DNA from: Chitinispirillia bacterium
Lineage (GTDB): Bacteria > Fibrobacterota > Chitinivibrionia > Chitinivibrionales > Chitinispirillaceae
DNA: 58,302 nt
Assembly: GCA_009786575.1 (NCBI GenBank)
Contig: WQRV01000001.1
Coordinates: 1-58,302, forward strand
Direction: 5' to 3'
The notes under the pieces are model-generated. The model made no database searches, had not been told where the DNA came from, and saw only the letters and a list, made by a program, of their open reading frames with translations. This document shows, piece after piece, positions 1 to 8,598 of this stretch. Made by a program: the position numbers and the translations under genes. How positions within the stretch are numbered: the stretch's first letter is position 1; each line of letters opens with the position of its first letter.

Positions 1-95
1 AAAAATCAACGTCAAAACCCGGATTATTGGTGATTTTGACGTTTAATCATGTTAATCCTTTAATCAGGCAAATCATGGTTCAGACAATCATCAAC
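1..95. repeat. Nested-hairpin repeat element, copy cut by the window edge; inverted relative to the copy at 58033-58178
   Basis: The reverse complement of 1-87 matches 58033-58130 almost base for base, apart from a 13-nt internal duplication and 1 mismatch in the distal copy. It contains an inner hairpin aacgtcaaaa/ttttgacgtt and an outer arm ...ggttcagaca. Confidence 0.75.
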
Positions 96-118
96 ACACC
101 GCTCAACACCAATTTAAC

Positions 119-1399
119 CTACTTTACCGCCTTCGACCGCTTGATAGCGCAGAACTCCCCGCACATGCTGCATAATGCCTGGTCGGCAGGCGGCAGCGAG
201 TCGCGGTACTGGCGCGCCTTGTAGGGGTCGACGCAGAGCGAGATCATTTTGTCCCAGTCGAGCGCGATTTTTGCCCGTGATACTTCGTGGTCCCACTCGA
301 TTGCGCCGGGGTGGCCCTTGGCTACGTCGGCGGCGTGGCCGGCTATCCTTGAGGCTATCACCCCCTCCCGCACGTCTTCTATGGACGGCAGGCGTAGGTG
401 TTCCGCCGGGGTGACGTAGCACAAAAAGTCCGCGCCGGCCATCCCGGCCACCGCGCCGCCTATTGCCGCGGTGATGTGGTCGTATCCGGGGGAGATGTCT
501 GTCACTAATGGCCCGAGGACGTAGAACGGGGCGTTGTTGCAGAGAGTTTTCTGAATTTGCATATTCGCCGCGACCTGATGCAGGGGGACGTGCCCCGGCC
601 CCTCTACGAATACCCCTACGTTCCGCTCCCTTGCGCGTTTTACCAATTTACCGAGTATGACGAGTTCCTCAATCTGCGGCCTGTCCGTAGCGTCGTAAAT
701 CGCCCCCGGCCTGAACCCGTCCCCCAAACTCACGGCGACATCGTACTCGGCGCAGATGTCGAGCAGGCGGTCGTACTGGTCATAGAGGGGATTTTCCCTC
801 TTGTTATGGTGGATCCATTCCATTATAATGGTTCCGCCCCGGCTTGTCGCCCCCGCCAGCCTCCCGGTTTCCTTAAACGTCTCGACCGATTGCATGGTGA
901 TCCCGCAGTGGAGAGTCAGGAAGTCTACCCCCTGCTTGCAGTGGTCTTCGATGACGGCGAACATGTCGTCGGGGGTCAGGTCGAGTACGGATTTTTGGGC
1001 GTTTCTTGCGATGACCGCCATTTCGTAGAGCGGTACCGTGCCTATGGCGGCCGGGCACTGATCTATGAGGGCTTTGCGGATTCCCGGCAGGTCCCCGGCG
1101 GTGGAGAGGTCCATTATGGCGTCGGCGCCGTGTTTGACGGCCACCCGCATCTTTTCTAACTCCTCGTTGATATCGCTCAGGGAGGATGAGGTGCCGATAT
1201 TGGCGTTGACCTTTATCCTTGTTTTGGCTCCTACGGCAAGCGGGGCGATATTGCGTAACTTATTCTTATTGATGACGATAGTCCCCTCGGCGACCCCCTG
1301 CCGCACCGTTTCGGGGTCAAGCCCTTCCTTTTCGGCGACAGCCTTCATCTCATTGGTAACGACCCCGGCTTTAGCCTGTTCCACCCGTGTTTTATACAT
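119..1399 (-). CDS. thiC: Phosphomethylpyrimidine synthase ThiC (radical SAM)
   Basis: 426-aa ORF with ThiC-typical sequence throughout (NANIGTS, LYEMAV, TLHCG, FVEGPGHVP). C-terminal CSMCGEFCAIK Fe-S motif. Confidence 0.95.
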   Translation of the reverse strand: MYKTRVEQAKAGVVTNEMKAVAEKEGLDPETVRQGVAEGTIVINKNKLRNIAPLAVGAKTRIKVNANIGTSSSLSDINEELEKMRVAVKHGADAIMDLSTAGDLPGIRKALIDQCPAAIGTVPLYEMAVIARNAQKSVLDLTPDDMFAVIEDHCKQGVDFLTLHCGITMQSVETFKETGRLAGATSRGGTIIMEWIHHNKRENPLYDQYDRLLDICAEYDVAVSLGDGFRPGAIYDATDRPQIEELVILGKLVKRARERNVGVFVEGPGHVPLHQVAANMQIQKTLCNNAPFYVLGPLVTDISPGYDHITAAIGGAVAGMAGADFLCYVTPAEHLRLPSIEDVREGVIASRIAGHAADVAKGHPGAIEWDHEVSRAKIALDWDKMISLCVDPYKARQYRDSLPPADQALCSMCGEFCAIKRSKAVK

Positions 1400-1489
1400 A
1401 TTATATATGTCTCCGTCTGCGTTAACGATTTAATCTGCAATCTCAGTAATATACATTACTATCTTTATAAAGATTTTATTTTTTTATTT

Positions 1490-1512
1490 AAATTTGCATT
1501 CCCCCGCCCCCC
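1490..1512 (+). repeat. Copy of the AAATTTnCATT...CCCGC(A/C)CCC motif also repeated four times at 42475-42763
   Basis: aaatttgcattcccccgcccccc compared with aaattttcatttgtcccgcaccc (42475-42497). It lies in the thiC/dksA-like divergent intergenic region. Confidence 0.4.
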
Positions 1513-1584
1513 AAATCTATATTAGACAGATTCAAGAAATTGGTGAAAACCGACTATTCCGATTCCGGATGGAGGGTACATAAG

Positions 1585-1989
1585 ATGTCCGATGGGCTCA
1601 CAAAGAAGCAGATGGAGTACTTCAAGGAGAAGCTACTCGCCGAGAAGCATAAGGTTCTGGAGGAGATGGGCGACCTGCAGCAGGACAACCTGAAGCAGTC
1701 TATTTCCGATGCTGCGGGCGAAAACTCGCGCTATAGTTACCACTTGGGTGACGTGGCCTCGCTTTCGTACGGCCGGGAGTTCTCCATGGGCCTTGCCGAG
1801 CGCCAGCAGAAGTATTTGGAGCAGATAGACGACGCGCTCGCGCGTATCGAAGACGGGACTTACGGCATCTGCAAGGTGACCGGCGACCCCATAGACGTGG
1901 AGCGGCTTGAGGAGGTCCTCGTTGCCAAGTACTCCGTTAAGGGCAAGGAGATACTCGAGCGGCGGAAGAGGCAGCAGGGGCTTTCGTAA
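1585..1989 (+). CDS. DksA/TraR-family protein with degenerate (Cys-poor) zinc finger
   Basis: Coiled-coil N-terminal part plus C-terminal GTYGICKVTGDPIDVERLEEV matching the DksA C4 region, with only one Cys retained. ATG 1585 is preceded by GGAGGG 8 nt upstream; the ORF is open from TTG 1540. Confidence 0.7.
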   Translation: MSDGLTKKQMEYFKEKLLAEKHKVLEEMGDLQQDNLKQSISDAAGENSRYSYHLGDVASLSYGREFSMGLAERQQKYLEQIDDALARIEDGTYGICKVTGDPIDVERLEEVLVAKYSVKGKEILERRKRQQGLS

Positions 1990-3508
1990 TATCAGAGCGG
2001 TATTTCTATTTGCGTTTTTGACGCTCTTCGCCGCCTGCGCCGTCTTTGCCGGCGGCGAGTCTGCGCTGCGTCCGCGTATCGTGGGGTTCGACATAACCGG
2101 GGAGCCTGACGGCCTTGATATGCCTATAGGGGTCTTGCCCTCTATTCCTATATTATATAGTACCGGTGCCGCGAGGCTGGCCGGGCAGGCTGTTGCCCGG
2201 TTTCTCGCACAGAACGGCTATCCCTACAGCCAAATCACCGTTTCCGTTGTCCGCGAGGGGGCTGATGTCATCCTGCGCTTCAGCATAGACCCGGACGAGC
2301 GGGTGTGCTTCGGGCCGCCGGTGGTCGTTGGCGTCCGCGAGGAGCGTGCCGGCATGTTCCTTAGGGATGTGCGTCTTACCCCCGGTCTGCCTTATGATGT
2401 TTCCGCGGTCGATGATGCTGTCCGCCGCCTCAGCGCCCGCCCCTATGTTCAGTCCGCCGCCGCTATGGACCCGGTTGTGATTGAGGATGGGCTCTTGTGC
2501 TGCGGCCTTGCCGATGCCGGGCCCTGTATTGATACATCGCTGGTTGCCGTTGTCCCCATTGCCGTTACGGAGAGGCGCGGGACGGAGATCGAGGGGGCGG
2601 TGGGTTACGAGGCGGGGCGTGACGGGAAGGGTGGGCGGTGGAGCGGGCGGTTCAACCTGTCGCTTATTAACATGGCGCGGCGCGGCGAGATGTTCGACGT
2701 TTTTTATTCGGGGGCCGATGCCCTGCAGAAATTGAGGATATCCGGGTCGGCGCCCTGGATATTTGGGCTGCCTGTAGAAGCCGGCGCGTCGGGCGGGCTT
2801 GAGATAGAGAACGGGGGGTACGGGTACTTCAGCGGCGAGGTGTGGGGCGCGGCGGAGGCCGGCGGCGGGCGCTGGCGGTGCGGCGTCGCGGCCAAGGGTT
2901 CGGAGACGGTGCCGCCCGATTCGGCGGCCGGAAGCACGTACAGGTTTTACGGGGCGGATATATTCCTGTCGCTCACACGGCTGCCGTGGGAGCGCGGGCT
3001 GACGGTGTGGGAGCTCAACGCGAAGACGGGGAGCGGCGCGGCCAACCGGGAGAAGCCGTACCTGCGCAGCAATATGGAATTGTCGGCAGGCGTTCACCGC
3101 CCGGTATTTAAGGATTATGCGATGGTGTTGCGGGCTGCCGCGAGTTCGATGTTTACGGAGGAGGAGTATCTGATGCCGGCGGAGCTTTACAGGGTGGGCG
3201 GGCACGGGTCGCTGCGGGGATATTCGGAAGAGGAGTTCGCGTTCCGGGCGGTGGTGTTCGCGCAGGCCGAGGCGCTTTACTATTTCCGGCGGCAAGGGGC
3301 GGTATTTATTTTTGTTGACGGGGGAGCGGGCTTTGCCGGCCGGTTCGAGACGCTAAGGATGTCTGATGCCGGAAAGATGTTAGGTTACGGTTTGGGGCTG
3401 CGTTTCCCGTCCGGGCTGGGGACGGTGTCGCTTGAGTGGGCCAGGAATATTGACGATGGCAAAAGTTTGGGAAGGGTTCACGTGGGGATAAGGACATCTG
3501 TGCGATGA
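1907..3508 (+). CDS. Omp85/BamA-TamA family outer-membrane protein (POTRA + surface-antigen barrel); start uncertain
   Basis: Signal-like segment AVFLFAFLTLFAACAVFAGG and POTRA-like N-terminal part. The C-terminal part has the Omp85 motif YRVGGHGSLRGY and LGYGLGLRF. TTG 1907 overlaps the upstream gene by 83 nt, so a later start is possible. Confidence 0.7.
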   Translation: MRRSSLPSTPLRARRYSSGGRGSRGFRNIRAVFLFAFLTLFAACAVFAGGESALRPRIVGFDITGEPDGLDMPIGVLPSIPILYSTGAARLAGQAVARFLAQNGYPYSQITVSVVREGADVILRFSIDPDERVCFGPPVVVGVREERAGMFLRDVRLTPGLPYDVSAVDDAVRRLSARPYVQSAAAMDPVVIEDGLLCCGLADAGPCIDTSLVAVVPIAVTERRGTEIEGAVGYEAGRDGKGGRWSGRFNLSLINMARRGEMFDVFYSGADALQKLRISGSAPWIFGLPVEAGASGGLEIENGGYGYFSGEVWGAAEAGGGRWRCGVAAKGSETVPPDSAAGSTYRFYGADIFLSLTRLPWERGLTVWELNAKTGSGAANREKPYLRSNMELSAGVHRPVFKDYAMVLRAAASSMFTEEEYLMPAELYRVGGHGSLRGYSEEEFAFRAVVFAQAEALYYFRRQGAVFIFVDGGAGFAGRFETLRMSDAGKMLGYGLGLRFPSGLGTVSLEWARNIDDGKSLGRVHVGIRTSVR

Positions 3509-4980
3509 TTAATATAAGGACATTATCGGCTGCGGTTGCCTGCGCGGCGTTGACCGGCATGGCATACGCGTCCTTATTGCCCCAGTGTCCGGATAACGAC
3601 TATGGCTGCATTATCGCTGTGATACACGAGTACAGCGAGGGCGCCGGCCTTCCGGTTGCCGACACCCTGTACCGCGCGCTCGACGCGGCCGGCCGGCTCA
3701 ACTCCCATGAGCTGTTGCGTTACGGCCGCGTAAAGTCGCTTTTGGGCAACTACCGCGCCGCCGCGAGTATATACTGCCGCGCCGCTACGGGTGAAAGCCG
3801 CCTCGAACACGCCGCGCTAACCCAGATGGGCCACCAGCTCGCCGACGCCGACTCCGCCGAAAAGGCCGCCGCCGTTCGGATATTCGAACGGTGCGCGCTC
3901 GCCGCTCCAAACGCCGACACCGCGCTGTTCCGTAACTGGCTCGCCGATTTTTGCGGGCGGCAGGGGCTGTTCGAGCAGGAGATATCAATCCTGACAAGGC
4001 TCCACAGCGCAGAGTCGCCGTCTGACCGCAGGCTTGCTGAGGCGGCCCGGAAACATTTTTCGAACAGGCGGTACCGCTTTGCCGTCAGAGCGGCCGCGGC
4101 GGCCCACGACCGCACGGCGGACGAATCCCAAAAAAGCTCCGATGCCGCGTTTGTCGCGTATCAATCGTATATGCAGTTGAGAGTGAGGGACTCCGCGCTG
4201 ATATGGCTGCGCCTCTCAGGAGTTGCCGGCAAGGACGCGAATATCCAGGCCGCCGCGCTAAACCAGGAGACCGGCCATCTGGAGGCCGCCGCGGCGCTCA
4301 TAGACTCGCTGCCCGTATCCCTCCCAAAAGACACGCTGGGCGTCCGCCAGTACCTGTTCTCCGGCGAGCCGGCCAATGCGCTTAATTTCATAATGATGTC
4401 GAAATCGGCCGCGTGGACAATGGCGCCAAGGGAGCGGATGCTGTGGCGCGGGCGGTGCATGATATTTGGCGGCCGTGCCTACGAGGCGATCCCCGTCCTC
4501 GACTCTCTGCGGTTCATGCCGGGCTGGCACGCCGCTTCGGAAGTCCTCAGATACAAATACTGGGTGCAGAAGTTGGACGACGACCGCGGCGCGCTTGACT
4601 TGTGGGGAAAATTGGAGTACGCCATCTACACCGGCAGCCTGACAGCCGCGGTACGGCTGCTTAAGGGTGCGGAGATAACGGGTGAACCGGGAGAGATGCT
4701 GGCGGTACGGCTGGCGAAAGTATTAGCCCAGGCAAACCGCCATGCGGCAGCGCTGGAGATACTGGAGCTGGCGGAGGGCGGCCCCGGCTACGGGATTAAA
4801 GGGATAGACCGGAAGTCCCATAAACACACGCCCGGCCCGGAGTACCTGTATCTTAAGGCGGAGATGCTGAGCGAGACGGGGAAGCAGTACGAGGCGAAAG
4901 TATTTGCCCAAAAGATACTTACAGATTATCCCTTGGACGTCTTTGCGCAGAAAGCCAGAATATTGCTGTCAAAAATTTAA
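3505..4980 (+). CDS. Secreted helical-repeat (TPR-like) protein, function unknown
   Basis: ATGA overlap with the stop of the Omp85 gene indicates translational coupling. Signal peptide MINIRTLSAAVACAALTGMAYA; Ala/Leu/Arg-rich helical composition. Confidence 0.6.
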   Translation: MINIRTLSAAVACAALTGMAYASLLPQCPDNDYGCIIAVIHEYSEGAGLPVADTLYRALDAAGRLNSHELLRYGRVKSLLGNYRAAASIYCRAATGESRLEHAALTQMGHQLADADSAEKAAAVRIFERCALAAPNADTALFRNWLADFCGRQGLFEQEISILTRLHSAESPSDRRLAEAARKHFSNRRYRFAVRAAAAAHDRTADESQKSSDAAFVAYQSYMQLRVRDSALIWLRLSGVAGKDANIQAAALNQETGHLEAAAALIDSLPVSLPKDTLGVRQYLFSGEPANALNFIMMSKSAAWTMAPRERMLWRGRCMIFGGRAYEAIPVLDSLRFMPGWHAASEVLRYKYWVQKLDDDRGALDLWGKLEYAIYTGSLTAAVRLLKGAEITGEPGEMLAVRLAKVLAQANRHAAALEILELAEGGPGYGIKGIDRKSHKHTPGPEYLYLKAEMLSETGKQYEAKVFAQKILTDYPLDVFAQKARILLSKI

Positions 4981-4993
4981 AATTGTCATTATG

Positions 4994-6409
4994 TCAATCC
5001 TTAATCTTCACGCCGGCTGTCCCCTTGGCCAATACCACCGCGCGGAAAGCGTTGCCGGTTACCTCTATGCCGCGGACGGACAGCGTGTCTACGCGGCCGT
5101 TGAAGACGACGCCTTTGTAGAGTTCGCGCTCTGACAGCATTTCCTGCAAAAGTTTTTTAGTGCCGTCAAGCTGCTTGTCGAGGGGGAATTTCATCAGCGG
5201 CCTCATTTTAGACATTATTATCCCCTTGAGCAGCCAGTTTTTGGTCCGTTCGAACTGGCTTTGGGTTTCCACGTCGAAGTTGAAGTTGTCGATTGAGAGG
5301 GTTTGGGCCGATTCGTTGTATACGGCGCGCCCGGTTACGCGGACGGTGCCTTTCAGCGAGCCTGAGAGGTCCATTTTTACGTGGGCCAGTCCGTCGTTCC
5401 CGCCGGAGATATCTATGTCGTGGACTAGTACTTTTTGGCGTCCGGATTTCAGGGTTTGCCCTACGAAGAGTTCGCGGCATATTCCGGTTGCCTTTGTGAA
5501 GGGGATTTCGGCGTAGAGGTTTATGGTGAACGAACTGTCCTGTTTATCGGATGTTTTGAAGTTTGGCAGCGGTTTGGGGGCCGGTGCGTTGGGTTTGTCT
5601 CCGATGACGGCCTCGGTGACGGCCCGGATGCCCATCATGGCAGAGACGGATTCGCCGCGCCCGGTGATTCCGGCCATGTAAATGTCCGACGGGTCGAAGC
5701 GCAGCCAGAGGCGGTCCGTCATGTCGGGTATCGCGATCTCCGTGGGTATTTGGAACTGCTGCCAGAGCGGAGCTACCATGGTTTTGAGGTTTACCTCTGA
5801 GAGAACCGCATTATCGACCATTTTGCCGAGGTCGTTTATGATGCCGGCCTGTTTTGAGACCAAAAAGTCGGCTATCGGCTTGACGGGGATGGTGATGAAG
5901 CGTATTTTTACGGTGGGGGCGGTGGTCCATTCGTAGCCATCGACCGTTGTCGTTGTGGCCAGCTGCCAGTTGTTTTTTAGCGTGTATTTGGATCGCAGGG
6001 CTATGGCGATCCCGGCGTCTACGTCCTGGTATTCGGTGTGGCCGAGGATGGAGAAGGAGAAGCGCAGGGAGATTTTGAGGGGGATTTTGTAGGTCAGCAT
6101 GTCCCTGTTCGCGCGGATTTTGATGCGCCCGTCCTTTTTTACCGTTATCTGGGCGCTGCCTATGCCTTCGACGGGGTAGGCGTTATTCCTGTATATATTG
6201 CCGGATAGCTGTTTGTTGACGGCGTTTTCGATGTATGACATTTTGATTTCGGCAGGGATGTTGATTACCGACGGGACGGGTGTGAGCGGCGCGGGGGGCG
6301 GCGTTTCGGCGGCAGAGCCGCCGCCGGCAGGGGCGGTCATGGGGCGGTTTGTGCAGCCGGCGAGGGCGCAGGTAATTATGGCGATAAAAAAAGTTATTGT
6401 GATACGCAT
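4994..6409 (-). CDS. Lipoprotein, function unknown (size and composition reminiscent of DUF4403-type proteins)
   Basis: Lipobox FFIAIITCALAGC at the N-terminus; 471 aa. Clean codon usage compared with the spurious overlapping ORFs. Confidence 0.65.
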   Translation of the reverse strand: MRITITFFIAIITCALAGCTNRPMTAPAGGGSAAETPPPAPLTPVPSVINIPAEIKMSYIENAVNKQLSGNIYRNNAYPVEGIGSAQITVKKDGRIKIRANRDMLTYKIPLKISLRFSFSILGHTEYQDVDAGIAIALRSKYTLKNNWQLATTTTVDGYEWTTAPTVKIRFITIPVKPIADFLVSKQAGIINDLGKMVDNAVLSEVNLKTMVAPLWQQFQIPTEIAIPDMTDRLWLRFDPSDIYMAGITGRGESVSAMMGIRAVTEAVIGDKPNAPAPKPLPNFKTSDKQDSSFTINLYAEIPFTKATGICRELFVGQTLKSGRQKVLVHDIDISGGNDGLAHVKMDLSGSLKGTVRVTGRAVYNESAQTLSIDNFNFDVETQSQFERTKNWLLKGIIMSKMRPLMKFPLDKQLDGTKKLLQEMLSERELYKGVVFNGRVDTLSVRGIEVTGNAFRAVVLAKGTAGVKIKD

Positions 6410-6546
6410 GTAGGAAATATAGTATATTATCAGGTGGACAGTTGAAAAATTAGACGGTGCGCACCTTTTCGGGACGCGCCGGTGCCCGGCAAGGGGGGCG
6501 GGGCATTACGGGAAGGGCTCAAATAAAGCCAGGGAGGGGATTGTTT

Positions 6547-6840
6547 ATGAATACCACAAAACACGGCCTGATCGCCTCGGTTGCCCGGGCGACGGGGTTG
6601 ACGCAGGCGGAGATCCGCATTGCGGTTGAGGAACTGCTCGAGGTGTTCGCCGAGGAGCTTGCCAAGGGGCGGACGATAGAGCTTCGGGGGTTTGGGACCT
6701 TTTATGTGCGGGAGCGCAAGGCGCGTCCGGCGCGTAATCCAAAGACGGGGGAGGTTGTGCCGCTCGATAAGCGGGTTGTGCCGCTCTTCAAGTACTCCGC
6801 GGAGCTGCGGAAGCGGATTTCCGGGGGCAAGGCGCGTTAA
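6547..6840 (+). CDS. HU/IHF-family DNA-binding protein
   Basis: Contains LRGFGTFYVRERKARPARNPKTGEVVPL, the canonical HU/IHF beta-arm. ATG 6547 is preceded by GGAGGGG; the ORF extension back to 6457 is unlikely. Confidence 0.9.
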   Translation: MNTTKHGLIASVARATGLTQAEIRIAVEELLEVFAEELAKGRTIELRGFGTFYVRERKARPARNPKTGEVVPLDKRVVPLFKYSAELRKRISGGKAR

Positions 6841-6884
6841 AGCGGCGCAAATTATTGTAAAAGTATAAAAAATGATGCTACGTA

Positions 6885-6914
6885 TTGACAGTCTGCCGCC
6901 GCACGATGTAATTT
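6885..6914 (+). promoter_or_regulatory. Candidate sigma70-type promoter for the 6971 cluster
   Basis: TTGACA (6885-6890), 18-nt spacer, TAATTT (6909-6914), about 55 nt upstream of the ATG. Confidence 0.3.
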
Positions 6915-6970
6915 CACTTTTTAGCGGTTGTTTTCTGGCAATGCCGCGTTGACACGGAGATAGAGGGGTT

Positions 6971-8539
6971 ATGATGAGACGAATTGGTATTTTGGCCGCG
7001 GTTATCGCGGTGACGCTTGCGGCTGCGGCGCCGGCTGCCGCGCCGGACAAGCCTGATGCTTCAGATGGTATCAGCCTAACGGCGCCGTCGTTTGACGTGC
7101 GGCTTTCCCTGGGCTTTAACTACGACCTGCTGCGGTCGCTTACAGATGTGTCGTTCGACTTCCCGGTGGGGTACATGGGCCTCAACCTGCCGCTCGCGCC
7201 CGGCGGCAATATCCTTAGCCAAGACATGGTAGACAGGATTTTCGACGACGGCTCCATGTTCAAGACGCCGGAAAACTACAAGCCGACCGCCGGGGCGGGC
7301 CAAAGCGCCAATACTACCATCAGGGTGGATGTGCCCATGCTCGCCGGAGTGGGTTCTTTCGCCTACACCCAAAACTTTAACTTCGATTTCGGCACGGCTC
7401 TGGGCGGCGCATCGCTGATAAACACATACGTGCCCATTGGCGGGCTCGGGTCCGGTACGGAAGACGCCGGGTACCTCTCGCTCAGGGGCGCCCTGCGGCT
7501 GCCTCTATCTATAAATATGGGCTGGGAGACTATGACGTTCGGCTACGCATACCGCGTCAATAACCGCGACGACCTGGTCTTCGCCCTGAACCTGCACCGC
7601 CACCTGTTCTCAATGGATACCCGGCTGCGGGCCGACATAGACATCCTTGGCCATGTCGATATCAAACAAAATGTTGATTTGGGCGGCAGCACGGCTCCCA
7701 TGGACCTGAGCCTCAAGGGCGACCTGATCAATTTTTCATCCGAGCAGTGCAACGGTTCGGCCCAGGGGCGCTTCAATGCCGAGGCCTGGACGCCCTCGGT
7801 CGGCGTCAAATGGGGCAGGTTCAGGCTCGATTCCCGCTTCGGGCTTGACGTTAAGGCCACCGGCGCGGCGACAGGCAAGTTCATTGTGCCGGGCTTTATT
7901 AATTTGGAAGACCCGAGCCTCGAAGAGATACAGAAGAAATTTACGGGTTTTGAGGACAGCCTGGGCAGGCTCCCAGACGAAAAGAAGTTCCAGTACGTGG
8001 TTGACTTCATGGGCGATGCGATCCCCCGGGAGCTCGACACCGTCAAGTATACGGTGGGGAAGATGCGCTGGAAGATGCCGCAGGGGCATACGCTCTCATT
8101 TGATATCCTCCAAAACAAAGTCAACAGTTCGCCTGTCCTCTCAGTTTCCTACACCAAGACCTTCGGCGAGATCAATCTGGCGATCACCGGTATCACGCGG
8201 GAGACCAACATCCCTCTCTCCGACACGTCGAGCTCCTGGCTGGCCGACTCCCTGCTGTCGGTCGATTTGGGCGTGAAGGTCGATCATATCTTCATGCTGC
8301 ACCTGCGCACGCGGGCGTTTTTCGCCAATCTGGGCCTTGCCGGGCTGGAGGCGCGGCAGGGCGATAACTATGCCCTTAAAGACATTGAAGGGCTGAGCGT
8401 TCTGCGTTTGGGCGACGTGACGATGGCGCTGCCGGTGCTTTCGGCCGGGTTAACGCTGGGTACCCGCTTGCAGCTGCAGCTTGAGGCGAACATACTGCCC
8501 TTGCCGGCGCTCAAGACGGGTGTGAACTATTATTTCTGA
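6971..8539 (+). CDS. Predicted outer-membrane beta-barrel protein, no recognisable family
   Basis: Signal peptide MMRRIGILAAVIAVTLAAAAPAAA. Alternating beta-strand-like pattern and an OMP-type C-terminal signal ...LKTGVNYYF. Confidence 0.7.
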   Translation: MMRRIGILAAVIAVTLAAAAPAAAPDKPDASDGISLTAPSFDVRLSLGFNYDLLRSLTDVSFDFPVGYMGLNLPLAPGGNILSQDMVDRIFDDGSMFKTPENYKPTAGAGQSANTTIRVDVPMLAGVGSFAYTQNFNFDFGTALGGASLINTYVPIGGLGSGTEDAGYLSLRGALRLPLSINMGWETMTFGYAYRVNNRDDLVFALNLHRHLFSMDTRLRADIDILGHVDIKQNVDLGGSTAPMDLSLKGDLINFSSEQCNGSAQGRFNAEAWTPSVGVKWGRFRLDSRFGLDVKATGAATGKFIVPGFINLEDPSLEEIQKKFTGFEDSLGRLPDEKKFQYVVDFMGDAIPRELDTVKYTVGKMRWKMPQGHTLSFDILQNKVNSSPVLSVSYTKTFGEINLAITGITRETNIPLSDTSSSWLADSLLSVDLGVKVDHIFMLHLRTRAFFANLGLAGLEARQGDNYALKDIEGLSVLRLGDVTMALPVLSAGLTLGTRLQLQLEANILPLPALKTGVNYYF

Positions 8540-8598
8540 CAATACGCGACAGTTGGCGCTGCCGTACGCGGCGGTGCCGGTTGAAAGGATTATTATAG

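Noticed and set aside
1400-1584. Expected TPP (THI-box) riboswitch upstream of thiC; a CTGAGA hexamer is present on the - strand.
   Set aside because: The rest of the THI-box consensus (ACCTGATCTGGATAATGCCAGCG-type pyrimidine-sensing helix) is absent and the region is mostly AT-rich promoter-like sequence. I cannot support a riboswitch call without a covariance-model scan.
6936-6953. Sigma54-like TGGCA...TTG motif upstream of the 6971 cluster. A similar TGGCAT-N5-TTTAC occurs at 31715-31730.
   Set aside because: At 6936 the GG to GC spacing is off by 2 nt. At 31715 the -12 element reads TTTA instead of TTGC. Neither fits TGGCAC-N5-TTGC.
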